This document shows, piece after piece, positions 30,621-38,295 of a stretch of 64,000 nt of DNA (positions are counted from its first letter, which is position 1; each line of letters starts with the position of its first letter). Source of the stretch: Bacteriovoracia bacterium (lineage in GTDB: Bacteria > Bdellovibrionota > Bacteriovoracia > Bacteriovoracales > Bacteriovoracaceae); NCBI GenBank assembly GCA_046570105.1, contig JBKHVI010000001.1, positions 1 to 64,000 of the forward strand, given 5' to 3'. The notes under the pieces are model-generated. The model saw nothing but the letters and a program-made list of their open reading frames with translations. It did no database searches and had not been told where the DNA came from. The position numbers were made by a program, and so were the translations under genes.

Positions 30621-31799
30621 ATGCAACTCAAATCGATTCAAGATGCAGAACTCAAAGGCAAACGTGTGTTGGCACGCTTTGATTTCAACGTTCCTCTGAC
30701 GAAAACAGAGCCACGTCAAATCTCTGATACGAGTCGAATCGATCTGGCCCTTCCCACCATTCGTCTCATGCTTGAGAAAGGTGCTTCGAAAATTGTTCTT
30801 ATGAGTCACCTCGGTCGCCCGGATGGCCAACCGAATGCCAAATACTCACTCGAACCAGTCGCCACTTATCTTGCGGAGAAACTCGGAACTGATGTAGTGC
30901 TGACAACTTCAGCGGTTGATTCAGGAGTGAAGGAGTTTTTGCAACTACCAGAAACAAAAATTGTGTTACTAGAAAACTTACGCTTCTCGCCGCTCGAAGA
31001 AAAAAACGATATCGATTTCGCAGAAAAGCTCGCCTCTTACGGTGACTTCTACGTGAACGATGCCTTCGGTGCCGCTCACAGAAAGCATGCTTCAGTTCAT
31101 GCGGTTAACAATTTCTTTAAGGGCCGCTCTTACGCCGGACTTCTTTTGAAAAAAGAAATCGATGCGCTTGGGTATCTCTTAGAAAAACCAGCGAAACCAT
31201 TTGTTGCTGTTCTAGGTGGCGCTAAAGTTGCTGATAAGATCAAAACCATCGAGCGTCTCTTAGTTCTCGTTGATAAAATTCTTATTGGTGGAGCGATGGC
31301 TTACCCATTCTTGAAAGCCAAAGGTCATGCTGTTGGTAAATCACTGTGCGGTGATGAAGACGTGGCTCTCGCCAAGCAACTTATCGCCCAAGACAAGGGT
31401 GGAAAAATTCAATTACCAGTAGATCACGTGGTCGCTGCCAATCCTGATTCAGCAGCCTCAAAATCAGCCAACATTGCTGATGATCAAATGGGTCTCGATA
31501 TCGGAGATCGCACTATTCAAAACTACGGCGACATGCTGAAGAATGCTAAAACCGTTTTCTGGAATGGCCCGATGGGTTTATTTGAAAATCCAAATTTCGC
31601 CAAAGGCACTATGGAGCTCGCAAAAATTATCGCTCACACTGAAGCCTTTACAGTCGTAGGTGGAGGTGATTCTGTAGCAGCGGCTCATCAGAGTGGATTT
31701 GCTGAAAAGTTCACTCACGTCTCGACTGGCGGTGGTGCTTCTTTGGAGTTCATCGAAAAAGGTGAACTGCCAGGCGTACAAATTCTTAAAGGGCTCTAA
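30621..31799 (+). CDS. pgk: phosphoglycerate kinase
   Basis: DFNVP, SHLGRP, NDAFGAAHR, STGGGASLE. Confidence 0.98.
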   Translation: MQLKSIQDAELKGKRVLARFDFNVPLTKTEPRQISDTSRIDLALPTIRLMLEKGASKIVLMSHLGRPDGQPNAKYSLEPVATYLAEKLGTDVVLTTSAVDSGVKEFLQLPETKIVLLENLRFSPLEEKNDIDFAEKLASYGDFYVNDAFGAAHRKHASVHAVNNFFKGRSYAGLLLKKEIDALGYLLEKPAKPFVAVLGGAKVADKIKTIERLLVLVDKILIGGAMAYPFLKAKGHAVGKSLCGDEDVALAKQLIAQDKGGKIQLPVDHVVAANPDSAASKSANIADDQMGLDIGDRTIQNYGDMLKNAKTVFWNGPMGLFENPNFAKGTMELAKIIAHTEAFTVVGGGDSVAAAHQSGFAEKFTHVSTGGGASLEFIEKGELPGVQILKGL

Positions 31800-32524
31800 T
31801 GAAACTCATCGTCGGTAATTGGAAAATGAATCAAACGCTCGCGGAAGTGAAAAGCTTCTTTGAGACCATGAAATCTGCCCAACGCCGTCACGAAGCGTGG
31901 ATCGCCCCTCAGGCCCTCCATATTCCACTCGCTCTTTCACTTGCCCCAGCTAGTGTAAAAATTGGCGCGCAAAACTGTAGTGACAAAAAAGCTGGCGCCT
32001 TCACTGGAGAAAACTCGCCGATTAGCCTCAAAGAATTGGGCGCTGATTTTGTTTTAGTGGGCCACTCTGAGCGTCGCCAATTGTTCAACGAAACAGACGC
32101 GACGTGCGCACTTAAAACGAAGCTCGCTCTCGAAACGAACCTCACGGTGATTTACTGCGTAGGTGAAACACTTGCCGAGCGTGAAGCGGGTAACACGATT
32201 AAAGTCGTCACCACTCAATTGCGTACGGGTCTTAAAGACATCGGCACTTGGCAGCCAGGCCAATTGATTATTGCCTATGAACCCGTTTGGGCGATTGGTA
32301 CTGGCAAAGTCGCGACGCCAGCTCAGGCCGAAGAAGTTCACGCCGCCATTCGTTCCGAAATGAAGACCATGCTGGGTACTCAAGGCGAACAAGTCCGTCT
32401 CTTATATGGTGGCAGCGTAAAACCCGATAATGTCGCAGAGCTTATGCAGCAAAAAAACATCGACGGCGCCCTAGTGGGCGGCGCGAGCCTTAAAGCGCAG
32501 GATTTTCTAGCGCTGTGTCAGTGA
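31799..32524 (+). CDS. tpiA: triosephosphate isomerase
   Basis: GNWKMN, GHSERR, AYEPVWAIGTG, LVGGASL. Confidence 0.98.
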   Translation: MKLIVGNWKMNQTLAEVKSFFETMKSAQRRHEAWIAPQALHIPLALSLAPASVKIGAQNCSDKKAGAFTGENSPISLKELGADFVLVGHSERRQLFNETDATCALKTKLALETNLTVIYCVGETLAEREAGNTIKVVTTQLRTGLKDIGTWQPGQLIIAYEPVWAIGTGKVATPAQAEEVHAAIRSEMKTMLGTQGEQVRLLYGGSVKPDNVAELMQQKNIDGALVGGASLKAQDFLALCQ

Positions 32525-32528
32525 ACGT

Positions 32529-32693
32529 GAATTCAAAACTCTAGGGTAAGTCTGAAGCTAATCCAGGTTTAGAAAGACGATATCACTTGAAGACGCCTTA
32601 AGCTTTCTAGTTAGAGTCATTGATTCAAACTGGCATAAGCTCTATATTTTAAATGGTTTCTGCGCCAGTTTGAGACCCTAGAGTTTTGAATTC
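32529..32693. other. structured intergenic element, copy 1 (candidate ncRNA or non-autonomous mobile element)
   Basis: Perfect 19-bp terminal IR (32529-32547 / 32675-32693), internal 10-bp stem (32625-32634 / 32664-32673), flanking 10-bp direct repeat gtcagtgaac; core homologous to 46252-46423. Confidence 0.75.
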
Positions 32694-32756
32694 GTCAGTG
32701 AACCTTATAGCTTTTAAGCAAAAGGGCATGTTACAACTATTGCCCTAGGAGATTTT

Positions 32757-33164
32757 ATGATTACGACCTTGATTGTTTTGCATGTCATCATCTGCGTTCT
32801 TCTCGTGGTGACCGTTCTTCTTCAATTCGGCAAAGGCGCTGAAATGGGTGCAGTTATGGGTGGCGGTGCCTCTCAAGCTGTTTTCTCTAGCTCAAGCAAA
32901 GGCAACTTTTTCACCAAGCTGACTTCAGTTTTGGCGATCGGTTTCATGTTGAATTCAATCGCGCTCACAACGTTGAAGAGCCGCGAAGCTAAAAAATCTC
33001 TCTTTGATGATGAAGCAGAAATTGCTCAACCACTTAATAGTGATGCTGCTCAAGCTGATGCTGCTGCCAAAGCGGCGGCTCCAACTGCTACAGCTCCAGC
33101 TGAAGCAACTGCTCCTCAAGCAGCTGCTCCTGCCACAGCTCCAACAGAAGCTCCTAAGCAGTAA
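32757..33164 (+). CDS. secG: preprotein translocase subunit SecG
   Basis: VLLQFGKGAEMGAVMGGG, two TMs, after tpiA; Ala/Pro-rich tail. Confidence 0.93.
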   Translation: MITTLIVLHVIICVLLVVTVLLQFGKGAEMGAVMGGGASQAVFSSSSKGNFFTKLTSVLAIGFMLNSIALTTLKSREAKKSLFDDEAEIAQPLNSDAAQADAAAKAAAPTATAPAEATAPQAAAPATAPTEAPKQ

Positions 33165-33200
33165 CTAAGAGATTAGTCACAATCCAGTACTAGTAGTTCT

Positions 33201-33225
33201 ATGGGGGCTTCAAGCCCCCATTTTT
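33201..33225 (+). terminator. intrinsic terminator after secG
   Basis: atgggggctt-c-aagcccccat then T tract. Confidence 0.8.
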
Positions 33226-33313
33226 ATTAGTGACTGTACTTATTTAGCAAAATCTATAATTAACTCCCCCCCCCCTCTGGTTTATTAGTGTTAAACATTA
33301 GTAAACTAGCCTA

Positions 33314-34429
33314 ATGAAAACATTCAACTCAGGAAGTTATAAGCAGCAATTTAAATACAAGAGCTTTTCACCTTCCTTTCTTCCAAAAAATCTTATTATT
33401 GAAGATCCAGCGCTCAACTTACTTGTTGCTGAAGCAAGCAGACATCTAGGTGAGCTCAACGCTTTATCGCAGATGGTTCCTAACGTTGACTTGTTTATCC
33501 ATATGCACGTGATGAAAGAAGCGACTCAATCAAGCCGCATTGAGGGTACACAAACAGGATTTGACGAGGCCCTCATGGAGGAAGAGCAAATCCTTCCCGA
33601 AAAAAGAGATGATTGGCGCGAAATTCAAAATTACACCCTGGCAATGAATCATGCTATTGCACGCTTAAACGAACTACCTCTGAGCATGAGATTAGTTAAG
33701 GAAACTCACAAGACACTGATGACAGCAGCAAGAGGTGAAAGCAAGCTTCCAGGTGAAGTCAGATCAAGTCAAAACTGGATTGGTGGCTCCTCGCTCACTG
33801 ATGCATTTTTTATTCCACCTCACAAAGATGAACTATCGAATCTATTGAGCAATTTGGAAGATTTTTGGCATGATGAAAATATTGTACTAGCACCACTCAT
33901 CAAAGCAGCGCTTTCGCACTATCAATTTGAAACGATTCACCCTTTTTTAGATGGTAACGGTAGAATTGGACGCTTGTTAATTACTCTATACCTCTTAGAT
34001 AAAAAAATACTCAAATACCCAGTTCTCTATCTGTCAGATTTTTTTGAGAGAAACAAAGGCTCATATTACGATAGCCTTACTGTTGTTCGATCAAGCCACG
34101 ATATCGGACAATGGCTGCGTTTTTTCATGACAGGCGTTATCGAAACTTCACAAAAGGGAAAGACAACCTTCGAAAAAATACTCTCACTAAAAGCCAAAAC
34201 GGATCAGGAAGGAACGCGACTGGGGAAAAAATCACCTGAACTCTTCCAGTACCTTTATCGTCACCCTGTCACAAATGTAAATTCAGTTGCTTCAAATCTT
34301 AATATGAGTATCCCTGGCGCCAATAATCTGATTGAACGTTTTACAAACGAAAAATATCTTGTGGAATGGACAGGCCATAAACGAAATAGAAGTTTTACAT
34401 TTGAACCTTACTTAAAGATTTTTGTGTGA
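33314..34429 (+). CDS. Fic family protein (class II, with C-terminal HTH-like region)
   Basis: HPFLDGNGRIGR catalytic motif; SSRIEG inhibitory motif N-terminal to it. Confidence 0.93.
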   Translation: MKTFNSGSYKQQFKYKSFSPSFLPKNLIIEDPALNLLVAEASRHLGELNALSQMVPNVDLFIHMHVMKEATQSSRIEGTQTGFDEALMEEEQILPEKRDDWREIQNYTLAMNHAIARLNELPLSMRLVKETHKTLMTAARGESKLPGEVRSSQNWIGGSSLTDAFFIPPHKDELSNLLSNLEDFWHDENIVLAPLIKAALSHYQFETIHPFLDGNGRIGRLLITLYLLDKKILKYPVLYLSDFFERNKGSYYDSLTVVRSSHDIGQWLRFFMTGVIETSQKGKTTFEKILSLKAKTDQEGTRLGKKSPELFQYLYRHPVTNVNSVASNLNMSIPGANNLIERFTNEKYLVEWTGHKRNRSFTFEPYLKIFV

Positions 34430-35175
34430 ACGAAGAAATCTTTGTCGTCCTCCTCTCACTCATCGCTGGCTTCATCGATTCAATCGCCGGTGGCGGTGGG
34501 CTGATCACCATTCCGATGTGGACGCTTGTTTTGGGGCCAGGTGCGCATGTGGTGGCCACCAATAAAGTCGGCGCATTTGTTTCATGTGTCGTTGCTTTGT
34601 GGGTGTATCAGCGGCACCACAAGATTCAGTGGAAAACGGGCATGTGGTTTTTGATCGCCATCTCTGTTGGATCCCTTTGTGGAGCTCAACTCACGGGTCT
34701 AGTATCACCGCTGTTTTTTGCTTGGCTCTTACTCTTGTTGTGCCCATTCATTCTGGTGATTGTCTGGAAAAAAGAGCGTCTCTTTGCCGAGCGACCTGAT
34801 CGACCAGTCTCGCGCAGAAAATTGCTCGCGGCCGGACTCGCGGTGGGAATTTATGACGGCTTCTTTGGACCAGGCGGCGGCACGTTTATGCTACTTGCGC
34901 TCCTGGGACTCACTCAAATGCCCCTGATGGCGGCACTGGCACTCTCCAAACTCTCCAACTCTTTGTCGGCCGGGATATCGCTCGCCAGCTTCACTTGGCA
35001 AGGTTTGGTGGATTGGCGATGGGGAGTTATTGGTGGAGCTTCGATTGTTCTTGGTTCTTTTTTAGGTGCGAGACTCACGACAAGAAAATCATCCCATGTG
35101 GTGAAGCCTGCACTAACGATTGTGGTAATTCTCTTGATGACAAAAATTGTCGTTGATCTGATTAGATCAAATTGA
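34426..35175 (+). CDS. TauE/SafE (TSUP) family transporter
   Basis: AGFIDSIAGGGGLI, ATNK, GIYDGFFGPGGG. Confidence 0.9.
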   Translation: MNEEIFVVLLSLIAGFIDSIAGGGGLITIPMWTLVLGPGAHVVATNKVGAFVSCVVALWVYQRHHKIQWKTGMWFLIAISVGSLCGAQLTGLVSPLFFAWLLLLLCPFILVIVWKKERLFAERPDRPVSRRKLLAAGLAVGIYDGFFGPGGGTFMLLALLGLTQMPLMAALALSKLSNSLSAGISLASFTWQGLVDWRWGVIGGASIVLGSFLGARLTTRKSSHVVKPALTIVVILLMTKIVVDLIRSN

Positions 35176-35773
35176 TTCCCATGACACAGCCGACTTTCTC
35201 TTTATTGATCTGGTCTTCATCGTGCAAATCGCGCGCGGTAAATCCGACTGTAATATGAGGGGCCCAACGCTGCCATTTGAAATCATCCCCTGAGCCACCG
35301 CGTGCGACATAAAGGCGCCAAGCTTCTTGGCGAAAATCTTTCATCGCTGGTGAATCAATGGCAACAAACCAACTGTCTTCACTGCGACCCTTAATTGTGG
35401 CAGTCACTTTTTTGAGACATTTCACTTTGAACTTACTCTTCATCAAGCGCTCTTTGAGCACTAGCTTTTCTACATCTTCCATTTTGAGAACTTGCGACAA
35501 GATACTCCACTCAGGTGGAGTGAGGATGGTGATATGAGCTTCACCACGATGTTGCAGTTTTGCATTAATGGATTTTTCTAAGTTCTGACGAAGCTGATCA
35601 ATCGGTGCAAATGGAAGTGGGACGGCCACCCAATCAGGATGAGAAAGAAAATAAGGTCTCTTTTCAACAGATTCGATTTCTTTTGAAAGAGGAATAGACT
35701 GGATGACTGATTCGGCGTGGGCGACAGAAAGCAGAATAAAAAGTAGGAGGAAACTAAGACTTCTTTTTTTCAT
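35162..35773 (-). CDS. secreted 2H phosphoesterase family protein
   Basis: Signal peptide ending AHA; two HxT motifs (AHITIL, PHITVG). Confidence 0.75.
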   Translation of the reverse strand: MKKRSLSFLLLFILLSVAHAESVIQSIPLSKEIESVEKRPYFLSHPDWVAVPLPFAPIDQLRQNLEKSINAKLQHRGEAHITILTPPEWSILSQVLKMEDVEKLVLKERLMKSKFKVKCLKKVTATIKGRSEDSWFVAIDSPAMKDFRQEAWRLYVARGGSGDDFKWQRWAPHITVGFTARDLHDEDQINKEKVGCVMGINLI

Positions 35774-36908
35774 TTTTTTTATTATCCCCGATCACTCGAA
35801 TTTTACCAAAGTCGGCATTCTGTAATGCTTTCACTTCTTCCAAAGGGAGCTGTGCCCATGGAATGGTCGGATCAAAACGATCTGAGAGTTTTAAGTCGCG
35901 TTTAACATCCGCTTTAACGTAGTCGACATGCTTCTCAAAAATATCAAATAACTTTGGCTCAAGCTTCACACCTCTGAACTTTCTCATAACATTCAAGGCA
36001 TCGGCCACATGGAGCACTTGGTTGTAAGAGCGTTTGGTGGTGATGGCATCAAAGAAATCGGCAATGGTACAGGCCCGGGCCATGGGATGAATATCTTCGC
36101 CAGGGATTTGGCGCGGATAACCTTTCCCGTCCCAGTTTTCATGGTGTTCATGCACAATACGAGCGATGACATTTACATCTAATGATGGATGAACTTTTAC
36201 ATGACCAGACAGGAGAAGTTCCAGACCATAACCTGGATGCAATTTGATGGTTTCATACTCGGCGTCCGACAATCCACCAGGACTGTTGAGAATATGCGTG
36301 GGAATTTTTACTTTACCGAGATCGTGCAACAAACCACCGAGACCAATATTCACTAGATCTTGCCGTGAAGCTTTGGGATGGGCCGCACGCCAAATGCTGA
36401 TGCAATACATGGAAACGTTAATCGAGTGATCGTAAGTGTAAAAATCATGAAAGCTTAAATTACCAATCAAACCTTTGAGATCATCAATACCGTACTCTCC
36501 TAAAAGATCGACCATATTTTCGACGACTTCGCGACAGCCTTCAATATTGGCTTCTAAAAGTTCAGTAGAGAACTCACGATTGCCATCGAAGATTTTTCCC
36601 AAATATTCGAGTGCTGAATCTTTTAAGACTGAGGCTTTCTCAGAATCTTCATACTGATCAGAATGCACCAAACTCTTCATATAGAGATTACGCTGATCTT
36701 CTGGAATATAGAGTTGCAGATATTTTCGTCTGAGATTTTCTAGATCCTCTGTCGAAAGCGCTTCTCCCGCAGGAAAAATGCGCACGAATTTTTCCTTCTC
36801 TTTTAGAGAAGAAGAATTGACGAATAAATCAAAGGGGAGCTTGAGGCCTGTCGTAATGAGGTCATAACGAACAGAGAAAAAACTCCGGTAAACACCCGCT
36901 GTGAGCAT
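35754..36908 (-). CDS. HD-GYP domain phosphodiesterase
   Basis: HSINV, LLHDLGK, HEHHENWDGKGYP, IADFFDAIT. Confidence 0.9.
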   Translation of the reverse strand: MLTAGVYRSFFSVRYDLITTGLKLPFDLFVNSSSLKEKEKFVRIFPAGEALSTEDLENLRRKYLQLYIPEDQRNLYMKSLVHSDQYEDSEKASVLKDSALEYLGKIFDGNREFSTELLEANIEGCREVVENMVDLLGEYGIDDLKGLIGNLSFHDFYTYDHSINVSMYCISIWRAAHPKASRQDLVNIGLGGLLHDLGKVKIPTHILNSPGGLSDAEYETIKLHPGYGLELLLSGHVKVHPSLDVNVIARIVHEHHENWDGKGYPRQIPGEDIHPMARACTIADFFDAITTKRSYNQVLHVADALNVMRKFRGVKLEPKLFDIFEKHVDYVKADVKRDLKLSDRFDPTIPWAQLPLEEVKALQNADFGKIRVIGDNKKNEKKKS

Positions 36909-36961
36909 TCAAAGATTGTAGCATGGGCCTCAAATTCTATGTATTTGGCAGTGCTTATAGG

Positions 36962-36990
36962 CAAAAAAAGGGCCCACCTAAGTGGGCCCA
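36962..36990 (-). terminator. intrinsic terminator after ssb
   Basis: gggcccac-ttag-gtgggccc followed by T7 on the minus strand. Confidence 0.8.
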
Positions 36991-37020
36991 TTGGCAACTT
37001 AATGAGTCAGAGATCAAGGC

Positions 37021-37482
37021 CTAAAATGGGATGTCATCAGAAGCGAAATTAGCTTCAGTTGAAACCTTAAAGTCTTGATTCATTTCAACCGGTGCTGCAC
37101 CTTGGTTGAAGCCAGCGCCATTATCAACATTGCGTTCTGCACCGCGATCAGCAGAAGGGCCGCCAATGAATTGAACTGTGGATGCGTTGATTTCAGTCAT
37201 GTAACGCTTGTTACCGTCTTTGTCGTCCCATGAACGAGTTTGCAGACGGCCTTCAACGAAAGCTTGGCGACCTTTTGAGAGGTACTGGTTACAAAGCTCA
37301 GCGAGCTTGCCCCAGACAACCACACGGTGCCACTCTGTTTTTTCTTGTTTCTGTCCGCCCTTGTCAGTCCACGCTTCAGTGGTAGCAAGAGAGAAATTAC
37401 AAACCGGCGCGCCGCCTGGTGTGTACTTCAACTCTGGGTCTTGACCCAAACGTCCTAGCAAGATGACTTTGTTAACGCTCAT
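37021..37482 (-). CDS. ssb: single-stranded DNA-binding protein
   Basis: [23 protein letters not shown]-terminal DDIPF. Confidence 0.98.
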   Translation of the reverse strand: MSVNKVILLGRLGQDPELKYTPGGAPVCNFSLATTEAWTDKGGQKQEKTEWHRVVVWGKLAELCNQYLSKGRQAFVEGRLQTRSWDDKDGNKRYMTEINASTVQFIGGPSADRGAERNVDNGAGFNQGAAPVEMNQDFKVSTEANFASDDIPF

Positions 37483-37600
37483 AGAATCTCCTTCGCCTGA
37501 TGGTTAGGCATAAATGGTTTAAGTGATATCCATCACGAACACCTGTTGTATCGCGAACGATTCAGTCAGGAAATAGTAAGGAATCTCACAAGGGCCTACT

Positions 37601-37617
37601 TGCGTACAGCGTGCCAA
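37601..37617 (-). promoter_or_regulatory. sigma54-type promoter facing ssb
   Basis: Minus strand TTGGCACG-CTGT-ACGCA with exact GG-N10-GC spacing. Confidence 0.5.
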
Positions 37618-37683
37618 TAGAGAGATGAGCGAAGTACTTGAAACACTTCATGTGAAAAAAAACAAAATGAAAATTATTGGACG

Positions 37684-38064
37684 TCAGTTGGAAATTTCTG
37701 GACTCTTTTGAGGCTTTCTTGCGCGAAGCACCGCCGATTCGGGATGCTCGCGAAGATGGTCTTCTACATGACGACGAGCGATGCGCACATCGCGCTTATA
37801 CCAAGTGGGATCAAAGCCACAGACTGTGCACTTGAGTTCGCGTCGATAAAGTAATTTGCGTGAGAATTCGTAGCTGGCCCAAATGAAAAAGAAGCTGCCC
37901 AAAGTTTTCCATTCTAAAAAATCAAACATCAGCCAAGTCAGAACAACTGTTAGCAAGGCCATTTGCAAGTAATGGAGTGGTGAAAGATGACGCTGATAAC
38001 TCATGCTACGCGGGCTGCGACATAAGGCACAGTAACAATCTCTTTTAGCAGCTTTTTGAAACAT
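37684..38064 (-). CDS. membrane protein with two CxxC motifs
   Basis: CALC, two TM segments, CTVCGFDP; GAGGTG RBS. Confidence 0.7.
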   Translation of the reverse strand: MFQKAAKRDCYCALCRSPRSMSYQRHLSPLHYLQMALLTVVLTWLMFDFLEWKTLGSFFFIWASYEFSRKLLYRRELKCTVCGFDPTWYKRDVRIARRHVEDHLREHPESAVLRARKPQKSPEISN

Positions 38065-38295
38065 TCTTCACCTCACAGAGTATTAAACCACGTCTCGGGG
38101 CAAGACTGAGACTGGGCAGAAATGGCCGCCGAGTCTCCTGCGAGACTCGGGGTAAAGAAGTTGTTGGTGGCGGGGTACTAACAGGTGGGATGCAGAGGGG
38201 GGACAGCCTAGCCAGCTTACGTTCCACATCCAGACCCAAGGCTTCCGTGCCTGGATGCTTTACACACTCCAAATCCCGTACCAAAATACTCGTAA

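Noticed and set aside
32529..32693. Interpretation of the elements as c-di-GMP-I riboswitch, hammerhead, attC site or simple terminator
   Set aside because: GACGC..AAGC is only a partial resemblance with no GGCAAA/GAAA arrangement; there is no CUGAUGA/GAAA core and no RYYYAAC/GTTRRRY ends; the element is too long and has no U tract
33165..33313. tRNA-Leu often found after secG
   Set aside because: No cloverleaf or T-loop sequence; only a terminator
38161..38180. Minus-strand ..ccgccacca suggesting a tRNA or tmRNA 3' end
   Set aside because: No TTCRA T-arm upstream
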